A DNA stretch of 64,000 nt from SAR324 cluster bacterium. GTDB lineage: Bacteria > SAR324 > NAC60-12. The notes below the pieces were generated by a model. It saw nothing but the letters and a program-made list of their open reading frames with translations, was not told the DNA's origin and did no database searches. Below are positions 45,524-55,517 of this stretch, piece by piece; the first letter of the stretch is position 1, and every line of letters begins with the position of its first letter. The position numbers and the translations under genes were made by a program. The stretch covers positions 5,890 to 69,889 of the forward strand of contig JADGAT010000012.1 in the NCBI GenBank assembly GCA_015231885.1, written 5' to 3'.

Positions 45524-48500
45524 ATAGAAATTCATCGTCCCCTGACTCTCAAGCCCTCATGAAAAAGGCTTTGCTTGAGCTTCGAGAAATGAAAGGTCAG
45601 CTCAATCATGTCGAGTATGCTAAAAAGGAGCCTATCGCCATTATTGGAATAGGATGCCGGTTTCCTGGAGGATCCAATAGCCCGGACGCTTTTTGGTCAC
45701 TGTTGCGCGAAGGTCAGGATGCCATAAGGGAGATTCCTTCTGACCGGTGGGATATTGAGGAATACTTTAATCCGGAGCCGGATGTTCCCGGAAAGATGTA
45801 CACCCGTTACGGCGGATTTTTGGACTCTGTAGATTCCTTTGATGGTCCATTCTTTGGGCTTTCTCCCCGAGAAACAGTCAATACTGACCCGCAGCACCGT
45901 TTGATCCTGGAAGTTGCCTGGGAAGCTCTGGAGCATGCCAATCAAGTTCCAGAACAATTATTTGGCAGTGCTACCGGAGTCTTTGTTGGTATGACAACCT
46001 TCGACTATTCCATTTGTTTGGTAAAACAAGGAGTGGCCAATATTGACACTTATTTTGCCATAGGAAACGGATTCAATTCAGCTTCCGGGAGACTTTCCTA
46101 TCTCCTTGGATTGACTGGACCCAGCATGGCGATCGATTCTGCCTGTTCTTCCTCTTTAACGACAGTTCATTTGGCTTGTCAGAGTTTGCGCAACAGGGAA
46201 TGCAATCTCGCCCTGGCAGGGGGAGTTAATTTAATGATTACTCCGGAGATCAATATCAATTTTTCCCGCACTCAAATGCTGTCCCCAGATTGTCGTTGTC
46301 ATACTTTTGACGCGGCTGCCAATGGCTATGTGCGAGGTGAAGGCTGTGGAATGCTCGTCCTCAAACGCCTCTCCGATGCAAAAGCGGATGGCGATCAGAT
46401 TTTGGCTCTGGTTCGAGGATCGGCAGTGAATCAGGATGGTGCCAGCGGAGGGTTAACCGTTCCCAGTGGACCTTCCCAGGAAAAAGTTTTTCGTCAGGCT
46501 CTGGAAAATGCCGGGGTTGATCCAGGCCGGGTCAGTTATATCGAAACCCACGGCACTGGGACTCCTCTTGGAGATCCGATTGAGGTCAGTGCTATTGGAA
46601 ACGCCTATTGCGAAGCTCCCCGGGAATCACCTTTGATGATTGGTTCGGTAAAAACAAATATTGGCCATCTGGAAGCAGCTGCTGGGGTTGTTGGTATGAT
46701 CAAGGTTGTTCTCGCTCTCCAAAATGAAAAAATTCCACCCCATTTGAATTTTAAAGAACCCAATCCTCATATTCCCTGGGAGGAAATTCAAGTGGAAGTT
46801 CCCACTGAACTGAAAGAGTGGCCCCGAAGGGAAAATCCCAGATTGGCAGGAATCAGTGGATTTGGCATCAGTGGCAGCAATGCCCATATTATCATGGAGG
46901 AAGCACCTTTAGAAAATCATGAAAAATCAGAATTGGCGACACAAACACCTGGGAATAAAGTAGAACGTCCACTGCACATCTTGACCCTTTCGGCCAAGAC
47001 TGAAGAAGCCTTACGCCAGCTGACCGAACGCTACAAAACCCTCTTGAGTGAAAGGAGCGATATAGATTTGGCGGACCTTTGCTATACAGCGAACAAATAC
47101 CGGTCTCGCTTCAATCATCGCATGAGTGTGGTCAGTTCCTCATGTGCTGATTTAAAGAAACAATTGGCCGATTTTTCAGAAGGCAAGGAAATTCCGAAAT
47201 CAATCCAGGGTCCTTATAAAGGTCTGAGCCAACCGAAGGTTGCCTTTTTATTCACGGGGCAAGGGGCTCAATACATCAACATGGGACGTCAACTATACGA
47301 AACTCAGTCAAATTTCCGCCAAACGATGGACCGTTGCGATGAAATACTACGTCCCTGCCTTCAGAAAAGATTGCTGGAAGTTCTCTACCCTCAAGAGGGC
47401 TCACAATCTGATTCTTCTGAAATAAATGAGACGGCCTATACACAGCCGGCATTATTCTCTCTGGAATATGCGTTATTTGAATTGTGGAACTCCTGGGGAA
47501 TCAAACCATCGGCAGTGATGGGGCATAGCGTGGGGGAATATGCAGCTGCGTGTGCAGCAGGAGTCTTTTCTCTGGAAGATGGATTGAAATTAATTGCCGA
47601 GCGGGGACGGTTGATGCAAGCCTTACCCCGCAATGGAGAAATGGCCGTTGTATTTGCCAAAGAGTCCCTTGTGGAAGAAGCCATTAAGCCTTATTCTGAG
47701 AAGGTTTCCATTGCTGCAATCAATGGTCCCAAAAATGTTGTTATATCTGGAGATCAGCAAAGGATAGAGGCCCTTTGCTCTGAACTGGGAAATCAGGAGA
47801 TCAGGACAAAGCGTTTAACCGTTTCTCATGCGTTTCATTCACCCCTGATGGACCCTATGTTGGCTGATTTTGAACAAGTTGCCGGAAAGGTGACATATTC
47901 TGCTCCATTCCTGAGCCTGGTTTCCAACGTGACCGGAAATTTTGTGTCAGATGAGGTCACGACCCCTGAATACTGGGTCCGACACCTACGTCAGGCAGTC
48001 AGGTTTTCAAACAGCATCGAGACCCTTCACCAACAGGGTTTTAAAACTTTTTTAGAAATTGGCCCCAAACCCGTTCTTCTGGGAATGGCCCGGCATTGTT
48101 TATCAGAGGGTGAAGAAAAATGGCTGCCGAGCCTACGTGAAAACCAGGACTGGCAGCAGCTTCTATTCACCTTGGGGGAATTATCGGCACAAGGAGTCTC
48201 TGTCAGCTGGTCGGAGTTTGAAAATGGATATCAGCGTCGCCGGGTGACTCTTCCCTCCTATCCGTTTCAACATCAGCGATACTGGTATGAACCGGTTGAA
48301 TTGGAAAACAAACAAGTTGTCCGCAATCAAAACACCCGTAATCATTATACCCATCCTTTGCTGGGGCAGCGTCTGCTTTCCGCATTGAAAGAAATTCAAT
48401 ATGAATCCAGGCTTTATGCAGATTCCCCGGGGTTTTTAAAAGATCATCGGGTTTTTCAAAGTGTGATTTTTCCTGCTGCAGCCTATCTGGAAATAGCATT

Positions 48501-51207
48501 GGCGGCAGGGAAATCGGTATTTAATTCAGAGAAAATGATGGTTGAAAAGATGAGTTTTTTCCAGCCATTGATTTTGCAGGAGAACGGAGGCAGCCTGGTT
48601 CAGTGTATTTTATTTCCAGATAAGAAGGATAGGTATTCTTTACAGCTCTCCAGCCTTAGGGAGGATGAAGAAAATGAGGTCCCCGTCTGGAACAACCATG
48701 CTTCCGGATCCATACTGAGAAATGAGGAGACTTTGAAACCGGCGAAAATGGATATAAAGGTTTTGCAGAGCAAGCTCACCGAAGAATTATCCGGAGAGGA
48801 TTATTACCAGGATTTTTTAAATGCTGATATTGATTATGGTCCAAGCTTTCGGGTAAACGAGCACCTTTGGTTCTCTAAAGGGGAGGTGTTAAGCAAAATG
48901 TCTCTGCCGGAAAATCTGCTTGCAGAGGCAAAGAACTATTTTTTTCATCCGGTTTTGCTGGATTCTGCTTTCCAATTGGGTTTCCAATTGATTAGAAGCA
49001 CATTTCCTGACCTCGATCATCAGGATCCTTATTTACCCGTGTACCTGGAAAATCTCCAGGTCTTTTGCAGGCCGGAAGAACAGATGTGGGGACAGATTCA
49101 GATACAATCCGATGACGACCCTCAACCCCAGACGGTCAAGGCTAATCTGAATCTGCTTGATGCTACCGGTACACTGCTCGCTCACGTGAAAGGGCTCACT
49201 TTTCAACGTGTAAATCGCGATCTGCTTTTGGAGGGGGTGAAGAAAAATTTAGACAATTTTCTTTATGAATTTGACTGGCAACCTCTCCCTTTCGAAGAAT
49301 TCTCGAAGTCCTCAGAACCTGAAGAATCGGGATACTGGGTCATATTTTCGGAGACCGACGGCCTCGGAACAAATTTATCCTCTTTGCTGAAAGATCGTGG
49401 TGAACGTTGCCTTCTGGTTTTTCCGAGCCAAACCGGAACAATCGAGAAAACGGGAGAAACGGACTATTATCTCAATCCGGCAGAACCTTCCGGTTTTCAA
49501 CAATTGTTTCAAGATATCTTGGAAAATAAACCCTGCCGAGGAATTGTTCATCTTTGGAGCTTAAGCAAAAATCAGCAAGCAGACATCTCTCTTCTTTCGT
49601 TGCAGAAAAATCAGATCCTGGGTTGTAGAAGCGTACTGCATTTGGTTCAGGCCCTTGAATCCAGGGAATGGTCGGAACCGCCCCGCCTCTGGTTGATTAC
49701 ACAGGGAGCTCAGCCTGTTGGGGAAGATGTGATTCCTTTACAAGTTCAACAATCACCTTTATGGGGATTGGGCAATGTGATTGCCCTGGAATACCCGGAA
49801 CTTCGCTGTACGCGCCTTGATTTGGACCCTTCTCCTGATGCAAATGTGCTGCAGTCATTATACAATACCCTCTGGCATCAGAATCAGGAAGAGCAAGCGG
49901 CATGGCGGCAGGGTGTATGTTATGTCCCACGCTTGGCACGGTGTGCTTCTCATGAATCTGAACATGAACCGGTTAAGATTTCAAATGCGGACTTTTCATC
50001 AGTTGATTTGCAATCGAAAATCTCCTCTGAAGGGACTTATTTGATCAGCGGAGGTTTGGGAGACCTGGGCTTATTGACCGCGGAATGGATGGTCAAGGAA
50101 GGAGCGAGGCATTTAGTGTTGGTAGGAAGAAGCCGGGTGAAACCTGAGGCCGGGAAAGTGATTGAAGAATTAGGGGGAAAAGGAATTGAAATCAGCGTGA
50201 TGCAGGGAGATATTTCTCTCGAAGATGATGTAAAAGGGATTCTGGAAGAAATTCAAAGTACCATGCCTTCCTTGAAAGGAGTTATTCATGCGGCGGGAGT
50301 ACTCGACGATGGAATGATAGCTCAGCAAAATTGGGAGCGATTTGAAAAAGTAATGCGGCCCAAAATCAATGGTGCCTGGAATTTACATCGGTTGACTGAA
50401 AACATCCCCCTTGATTTTTTCCTTATGTTTTCCTCGGCAGCATCTGTATTGGGAACCCTTGGACAAAGCAATTATGCTTCCGCCAATGCTTTCCTCGATG
50501 CTCTGGCTCACTATCGAAGAGCAAACGGACTTCCGGCTGCCTCAATCAATTGGGGGCCCTGGGCTGAAATTGGTATGGCTTCTCAAGAAGGAAATCAAAA
50601 AAACCGTTTTTCCAGCCAGGGGGTACAAAGTCTCAAACCTGAAGAAGGTTTGATTGTTCTCAAAAGAATTCTTCGTGACAATATTACTCAACCCTGTGTG
50701 ATTCACATTGAATGGTCCCAATTTATAAATAATGTGCCACACGAACGAAAATCAGGAATTTATTCAGATATAATTTCTGAAATTCAGAATAGCGGGATAG
50801 ATACAGATTCTGAAGCACAATCGGAAATTATCAGAAGTCTGAATGAAGCGATGTTTGGAGAGCGCCCACAGATGCTGCTTTCCTTTATTCAAGACCTGGC
50901 AGGAAATGTGATTGGAGAATCTCATTCTCTTCCTGAAGATGTTCCCTTAATGGAGCAAGGGTTTGATTCTCTGATGGCTGTTGATTTGAAAAACAGATTA
51001 AATAAGGCAATGAACACTAATTTACCGTCATCGTTGCTTTTTGAGTATCCAACATTGGAAAAAATAACAAATTTTCTGTTGGAAGAAATTCTTTCCTTTG
51101 AAGATCTGGATTTTGTTGATGATAATGGTGGAGAGGAAGGGGAGGACAATTCAGCTGAGGCGCTTTTAGAAGAAATAGATACTTTGTTACAGACACAGAA
51201 CAATTGA
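45520..51207 (+). CDS. Type I PKS module KS-AT-DH-KR-ACP
   Basis: ATGA overlap. KS DSACSSSL / ETHGTGT / NIGHLEAAAG. AT GHSVGEY and VSHAFHS (malonyl-type). DH HPLLGQ...LKDHRVFQSVIFPAAAY. KR TYLISGGLGDLGLLTAEW / YASANAF. ACP LMEQGFDSLMAVDL. Acidic C-terminal docking tail. Confidence 0.95.
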   Translation: MNRNSSSPDSQALMKKALLELREMKGQLNHVEYAKKEPIAIIGIGCRFPGGSNSPDAFWSLLREGQDAIREIPSDRWDIEEYFNPEPDVPGKMYTRYGGFLDSVDSFDGPFFGLSPRETVNTDPQHRLILEVAWEALEHANQVPEQLFGSATGVFVGMTTFDYSICLVKQGVANIDTYFAIGNGFNSASGRLSYLLGLTGPSMAIDSACSSSLTTVHLACQSLRNRECNLALAGGVNLMITPEININFSRTQMLSPDCRCHTFDAAANGYVRGEGCGMLVLKRLSDAKADGDQILALVRGSAVNQDGASGGLTVPSGPSQEKVFRQALENAGVDPGRVSYIETHGTGTPLGDPIEVSAIGNAYCEAPRESPLMIGSVKTNIGHLEAAAGVVGMIKVVLALQNEKIPPHLNFKEPNPHIPWEEIQVEVPTELKEWPRRENPRLAGISGFGISGSNAHIIMEEAPLENHEKSELATQTPGNKVERPLHILTLSAKTEEALRQLTERYKTLLSERSDIDLADLCYTANKYRSRFNHRMSVVSSSCADLKKQLADFSEGKEIPKSIQGPYKGLSQPKVAFLFTGQGAQYINMGRQLYETQSNFRQTMDRCDEILRPCLQKRLLEVLYPQEGSQSDSSEINETAYTQPALFSLEYALFELWNSWGIKPSAVMGHSVGEYAAACAAGVFSLEDGLKLIAERGRLMQALPRNGEMAVVFAKESLVEEAIKPYSEKVSIAAINGPKNVVISGDQQRIEALCSELGNQEIRTKRLTVSHAFHSPLMDPMLADFEQVAGKVTYSAPFLSLVSNVTGNFVSDEVTTPEYWVRHLRQAVRFSNSIETLHQQGFKTFLEIGPKPVLLGMARHCLSEGEEKWLPSLRENQDWQQLLFTLGELSAQGVSVSWSEFENGYQRRRVTLPSYPFQHQRYWYEPVELENKQVVRNQNTRNHYTHPLLGQRLLSALKEIQYESRLYADSPGFLKDHRVFQSVIFPAAAYLEIALAAGKSVFNSEKMMVEKMSFFQPLILQENGGSLVQCILFPDKKDRYSLQLSSLREDEENEVPVWNNHASGSILRNEETLKPAKMDIKVLQSKLTEELSGEDYYQDFLNADIDYGPSFRVNEHLWFSKGEVLSKMSLPENLLAEAKNYFFHPVLLDSAFQLGFQLIRSTFPDLDHQDPYLPVYLENLQVFCRPEEQMWGQIQIQSDDDPQPQTVKANLNLLDATGTLLAHVKGLTFQRVNRDLLLEGVKKNLDNFLYEFDWQPLPFEEFSKSSEPEESGYWVIFSETDGLGTNLSSLLKDRGERCLLVFPSQTGTIEKTGETDYYLNPAEPSGFQQLFQDILENKPCRGIVHLWSLSKNQQADISLLSLQKNQILGCRSVLHLVQALESREWSEPPRLWLITQGAQPVGEDVIPLQVQQSPLWGLGNVIALEYPELRCTRLDLDPSPDANVLQSLYNTLWHQNQEEQAAWRQGVCYVPRLARCASHESEHEPVKISNADFSSVDLQSKISSEGTYLISGGLGDLGLLTAEWMVKEGARHLVLVGRSRVKPEAGKVIEELGGKGIEISVMQGDISLEDDVKGILEEIQSTMPSLKGVIHAAGVLDDGMIAQQNWERFEKVMRPKINGAWNLHRLTENIPLDFFLMFSSAASVLGTLGQSNYASANAFLDALAHYRRANGLPAASINWGPWAEIGMASQEGNQKNRFSSQGVQSLKPEEGLIVLKRILRDNITQPCVIHIEWSQFINNVPHERKSGIYSDIISEIQNSGIDTDSEAQSEIIRSLNEAMFGERPQMLLSFIQDLAGNVIGESHSLPEDVPLMEQGFDSLMAVDLKNRLNKAMNTNLPSSLLFEYPTLEKITNFLLEEILSFEDLDFVDDNGGEEGEDNSAEALLEEIDTLLQTQNN

Positions 51208-51212
51208 GCAGT

Positions 51213-52259
51213 ATGAATACTAAACTTAGCGGTGTGGCGATTCGCTCTATAGCGACCGCTGTTCCCAAACAAGATTTTGATTTGACAGAACTTTACGGGG
51301 TTTATGGTACAGATGATGTTGACCGAATCATGGCGTTGAATGGAATTACCCATATTCGAACAGCTCCGGAAGGCATGTGTAGCTCTGATTTCTGCGAAGC
51401 AGCAGCTCGATTGATTATGGCGGAAGAAAGTACTGCCAATATTGATGGGATTGTTTTTGTCTCTCAGACCCCGGATTATATTTTGCCGGCTACCAGTGCA
51501 GTTCTTCAGCATCGCTTAGGGCTCTCCAAAGACACGGTTATTTTCGACCTCAACAGTGGTTGTCCGGGCTACATTTATGGCCTCTATCAAGCTTCATTAC
51601 TGGTAGCTTCAGGCGCTTGTACTTCAGTGCTGGTTTGTGTCGGAGATGTGATTACCCGATATGTAAACCAGCTGGATCGCTCTTCCCAGATGGTATTTGG
51701 CGATGGAGGAAGCGCAACTTTGGTGGAGCGTGGCTCCGGAGAAATTGCATTCGGGTTCAGAACAGACGGATCGGGGGGAAAACATTTGATTATTCCTGCA
51801 GGAGGATGTCGCCACCCGATCACTGAGGATACGGGGATGGTATCTGTGCAGAGCGACGGTAACATGCGCTCTGATGAAGATATTTTCATGGATGGGCTGG
51901 AGGTGATGAACTATGCAGTAAGAGAAGTCCCCCCTATTATTGAAAAGCTGCTTGAGCAGATGGGTTGGCAGCAGTCGGAAGTGGGAACATTTGGTTTTCA
52001 TCAGGCCAACCGATTTATGCTTGATAACTTAAGAAAAATTATGAGGCTTCCCAAAGACAAGGTTCCTGTCACAATGGAGAAATTGGGGAATACCGGTTCT
52101 GCTTCTATTCCTCTGATGCTGGCTGAGGAGCGTGAGCGGCTTTCAACAGAAAATAGATTGGAAAAATCAATTCTGTGCGGGTTTGGTGTCGGTATGTCCT
52201 GCTCGGCAGCCGCGTTGGATCTTTCTCAAACTAAAATCTGGGATTTTCTCGAAATTTAG
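51213..52259 (+). CDS. KAS III (FabH-like) ketosynthase or acyltransferase
   Basis: ATG at 51213 (MNTKLSGVAIRSIATAVPK, a FabH-type start); the track TTG is at 51204. Active-site context DLNSGCPGY. HQANRFM. GNTGSASIP. Confidence 0.85.
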   Translation: MNTKLSGVAIRSIATAVPKQDFDLTELYGVYGTDDVDRIMALNGITHIRTAPEGMCSSDFCEAAARLIMAEESTANIDGIVFVSQTPDYILPATSAVLQHRLGLSKDTVIFDLNSGCPGYIYGLYQASLLVASGACTSVLVCVGDVITRYVNQLDRSSQMVFGDGGSATLVERGSGEIAFGFRTDGSGGKHLIIPAGGCRHPITEDTGMVSVQSDGNMRSDEDIFMDGLEVMNYAVREVPPIIEKLLEQMGWQQSEVGTFGFHQANRFMLDNLRKIMRLPKDKVPVTMEKLGNTGSASIPLMLAEERERLSTENRLEKSILCGFGVGMSCSAAALDLSQTKIWDFLEI

Positions 52260-52284
52260 CAATAATTTGATAGTCAATATAGGT

Positions 52285-53148
52285 ATGTATTTCCCTGATT
52301 TTCTCTTCCGGAAGATCACACTTCCTTTTTTGAAAAAGAGCAGCATCCTGTTACGAGGAATTATCAACATCCAGTCTGAAGCTTTGAAATGGATGGATTT
52401 GTCTTCAAGCTTGCTGGAATTTGTTCCGCGCCCGCAAGATATTTTTATCGTCACGTACCCAAGATCCGGAACCACCTTGATGCAGATGATGCTCTACCAA
52501 TTGAGCACGGGTGGAAAGATCGATTTTTCCCACATAAACGAAGTAGTTCCCTTCTTCGACCGACTTTTGACTTATCAAATTCAAAGTGTGCAAGATCTTG
52601 ATAATTTGCCTAATCCTCGAATTTTTAAAAGCCATTTGAGTTACCAGAATGTCCCGAAAGGCCCATGTCGATACATTTACATAGAAAGAAACGGGAAAGA
52701 TGTGGCAGTTTCATATTTTCATTTTCATGTCTCGCATCTCGGATTTCAGGGCACTTTTGATGAATTTTTCGATCTATTCATGAAAGGGAGGGTGATGTAT
52801 GGTTCATGGTTCAGGCACATTGCAGAATGGCAGAAACATCAGGATGATCCTCATGTATTATATCTCAAATATGAAGATCTCAAAAAAGATCTCAAAACAG
52901 CTCTGTATCAGATAATCGATTTTTGCCAGTTGGATGTTCCTCAAGTACACATGCCAAAAATTATCAGGCAATGCAGCTTTGAGTTCATGAAAGAGCATGA
53001 AAATAAGTTTGACCATATTTCCGGAATGGTTTGGGAGAAAGGCTATCAAAAAAATGCATTCATCCGGGAAGGCCGGATTGGAAGCGGGACACAGCTGTTA
53101 ACGCCTGCTCAAATAGAGCTCTTTGAGCGAACATATTCACAAATATAA
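52285..53148 (+). CDS. Cytosolic-type (SULT-family) PAPS-dependent sulfotransferase
   Basis: 5'-PSB loop TYPRSGTT. 3'-PB motif RNGKDVAVSYFHF. The start is uncertain: Met at 52285 (preferred, just after the FabH-like stop) or 52393. The track start at 52132 overlaps the upstream gene and was rejected. Confidence 0.75.
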   Translation: MYFPDFLFRKITLPFLKKSSILLRGIINIQSEALKWMDLSSSLLEFVPRPQDIFIVTYPRSGTTLMQMMLYQLSTGGKIDFSHINEVVPFFDRLLTYQIQSVQDLDNLPNPRIFKSHLSYQNVPKGPCRYIYIERNGKDVAVSYFHFHVSHLGFQGTFDEFFDLFMKGRVMYGSWFRHIAEWQKHQDDPHVLYLKYEDLKKDLKTALYQIIDFCQLDVPQVHMPKIIRQCSFEFMKEHENKFDHISGMVWEKGYQKNAFIREGRIGSGTQLLTPAQIELFERTYSQI

Positions 53149-53150
53149 AA

Positions 53151-53459
53151 ATGGAGAAAGTTGTCCTCATGCATGAAAAAATCGTGGATATCATTGTTGG
53201 AGAATCGAAAGAAGTGAATAAAAAACTGAAAAACAAAATTTCTGTAGAACTAAGGGAAGCGGCCCCGCTTTTTGGGGAAAACGGAATTTTGGATTCGATC
53301 GCCTTAGTCACATTACTGGTTGCTGTCGAACAATCAGTGGAAGACGAATTCGATTTTCCTGTAATTTTGGCAGATGAAAAAGCAATGTCCCAAAAAAACA
53401 GTCCATACCAATCGATTGGTGCATTAGCCCAATATGTGGGCAGCCTGTTGAAGGAATAA
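53151..53459 (+). CDS. Stand-alone acyl carrier protein
   Basis: 102 aa. Phosphopantetheine-attachment context GILDSIALVTLL. Acidic helix II. Confidence 0.8.
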   Translation: MEKVVLMHEKIVDIIVGESKEVNKKLKNKISVELREAAPLFGENGILDSIALVTLLVAVEQSVEDEFDFPVILADEKAMSQKNSPYQSIGALAQYVGSLLKE

Positions 53460-53463
53460 GCTC

Positions 53464-54168
53464 ATGGAAAACCTTCCATTAGTCATGATTACCGGAACAA
53501 GAAAAGGGATTGGAAAATATCTCGCTCACTATTATGTAGAAAAAGGGTTTCAGGTCATTGGCTGCAGTCGTAGTTCGGTTGATTATGAACTGGCAAATTA
53601 CCAACATTTTTGTCTTGATGTTATAAATGAATTTGCAGTGAAAAAAATGTTTATTGATGTTCGCCGAACGCATGGACGTTTAGACGTATTGATCAACAAT
53701 GCGGGGATTGCCTCTATGAATCATGTGCTGTCAACCCCGATGAACACTGTACGCAAGATTTTTGATACCAATGTGGCAGGAACTTTTCTGTTTTGCCGGG
53801 AAGCTGCAAAATTGATGCAAATTAAGCAGTACGGGCGCATTGTCAATTTTTCTACGGTAGCCACCCCTTTGAAACTCGAAGGAGAGGCGGTCTATGCTGC
53901 CTCAAAAGCCGCGATTATTACGCTTACCGAAATTTTGGCAAGGGAATTAGCTCCCTTGGGAATCACAGTCAATGCGGTGGGGCCGACTCCGGTGGAAACC
54001 GATTTGATTCGTTCAGTTCCCCAGGAAAAAATTGATAATCTGCTCTCACGACAGGCGATCTCGAGACTGGGAAAATTTGAGGATATTGCCAATGTAATAG
54101 ATTTTTTCATTCAAGAAAAAAGTGAATTTGTGACAGGACAGAACATTTACCTGGGCGGAGTTTCGTGA
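53464..54168 (+). CDS. Short-chain dehydrogenase/reductase (FabG-like 3-oxoacyl-ACP reductase family)
   Basis: TGTRKGIGK (TGxxxGxG). NNAG. Catalytic YAASK (YxxxK). 234 aa. Confidence 0.85.
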   Translation: MENLPLVMITGTRKGIGKYLAHYYVEKGFQVIGCSRSSVDYELANYQHFCLDVINEFAVKKMFIDVRRTHGRLDVLINNAGIASMNHVLSTPMNTVRKIFDTNVAGTFLFCREAAKLMQIKQYGRIVNFSTVATPLKLEGEAVYAASKAAIITLTEILARELAPLGITVNAVGPTPVETDLIRSVPQEKIDNLLSRQAISRLGKFEDIANVIDFFIQEKSEFVTGQNIYLGGVS

Positions 54169-55505
54169 GGATTGAGGAATTACAACAAAGATTGGAGCAA
54201 TATTCCGAGATTGAAGCAATTATCCATAAGCACCAGCTCTTTTCCTATAGGGACCTTCTCAGATTGACTGAGTCGTGGTTTCAACGTTTAGCGCAAAACA
54301 AGATTGAACCCGGAACCGTTGTAGCAGTAACGTCAGATTATTCTGCAGATGCAATTGCCTTGATGGCTGCATTGATTCTCAATAAAAACATTGCAGTCCC
54401 TTTGACTCCGTTAGCAAAAACTCAATTCAATGAATATTTTAAAACTTCATATACCCAGTCAATCATTGATTTAACCCAAACCACATTCCGCATTTCTGAC
54501 AGGAAGAATGACCCCTTGCAAAACGATCTGCTCAGGAACTTGATTGAACAGCAGCACCCGGGGTTGATCCTTTTTACCTCCGGTTCTACTGGACAAGCAA
54601 AGGCGGTTGTTCATGATTTTGAAAAACTACTAACAAAATTTACTCATGCGAATAAAGGATACAGAAGCCTCGTTTTCCTGATGTTTGACCATATTGCAGG
54701 AATCGATTCGTATTTTTACTCTCTTTATAGCGGAGGAACGATGATCTTTCCTGTTTCGAGGCTTCCCAAAGAAATCTGCGGCCTCATTGAAAAACACAGA
54801 GTTGAAGTCCTGCCCGCATCGCCCACTTTTCTCAATCTGCTGCTGCTTTCAGGAGAACATCTAAGACACGATCTCGATTCTCTGAAAATAATCACTTTCG
54901 GTTCAGAAAGGGCCCCTCAATCCTTGTTAAAACGCTTGAAAAACAATTTTCCTCAAGTCAGGCTGGTACAAAAATATGGTCTGACAGAATTAGGGTCTCC
55001 TTCTTCCAAATCGATGGAAGCAGACGCCTCGTGGTTAAAAATCGACAGTCCTCGCTTCAAAACAAAAATTATTAACAAAAGGCTGCATATCAAATCAGAT
55101 GCTGCCATGCTGGGGTATCTCAACGCTCCGGATCCATTTACCGGAGACGGTTGGTTTGATACAGGAGACACCGTCGAAGTGAAGGGAGAATATCTTCGCA
55201 TACTTGGCAGAGAGTCAGAGATCATCAACGTGGGAGGAGAAAAGGTTTTTCCAGTGGAAGTGGAAGAAGTGATTCAGATGATGCCGGGGGTCGAAGATGT
55301 GGTGGTCAGCGGAGTTCCTTATCCAATCACAGGACAAATTGTTAAAGCTTCCGTCCAGCTCGAGACCAAGGAAACTCTTTCAGAATTTCGCCAGAGGATG
55401 CGGGATTTCTGTGAAGAAAAATTACCTCGTTTTAAGATTCCTCAGAAAGTAACTTTGGCTAAAGATTCGTTGCATGGCGATCGATTTAAAAAAATGAGAG
55501 GATAA
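54165..55505 (+). CDS. Short AMP-dependent ligase (acyl-CoA/acyl-ACP synthetase-like adenylating enzyme)
   Basis: GTG start overlapping the SDR stop (GTGA). FTSGSTGQAKAV, YGLTELG, GDGWFDTGD, GRESEIINVGGEKVFPVEVE. The last motif is the acyl-CoA-synthetase-type A8, not the NRPS-type. Confidence 0.8.
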   Translation: MRIEELQQRLEQYSEIEAIIHKHQLFSYRDLLRLTESWFQRLAQNKIEPGTVVAVTSDYSADAIALMAALILNKNIAVPLTPLAKTQFNEYFKTSYTQSIIDLTQTTFRISDRKNDPLQNDLLRNLIEQQHPGLILFTSGSTGQAKAVVHDFEKLLTKFTHANKGYRSLVFLMFDHIAGIDSYFYSLYSGGTMIFPVSRLPKEICGLIEKHRVEVLPASPTFLNLLLLSGEHLRHDLDSLKIITFGSERAPQSLLKRLKNNFPQVRLVQKYGLTELGSPSSKSMEADASWLKIDSPRFKTKIINKRLHIKSDAAMLGYLNAPDPFTGDGWFDTGDTVEVKGEYLRILGRESEIINVGGEKVFPVEVEEVIQMMPGVEDVVVSGVPYPITGQIVKASVQLETKETLSEFRQRMRDFCEEKLPRFKIPQKVTLAKDSLHGDRFKKMRG

Positions 55506-55517
55506 AGAAAGGATTTC

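Noticed and set aside
52132-52284. Track start at 52132 for the sulfotransferase
   Set aside because: It would overlap the last 128 nt of the KAS III gene in another frame. The sulfotransferase fold (PSB loop at TYPRSGTT) only needs a start at 52285 or 52393.
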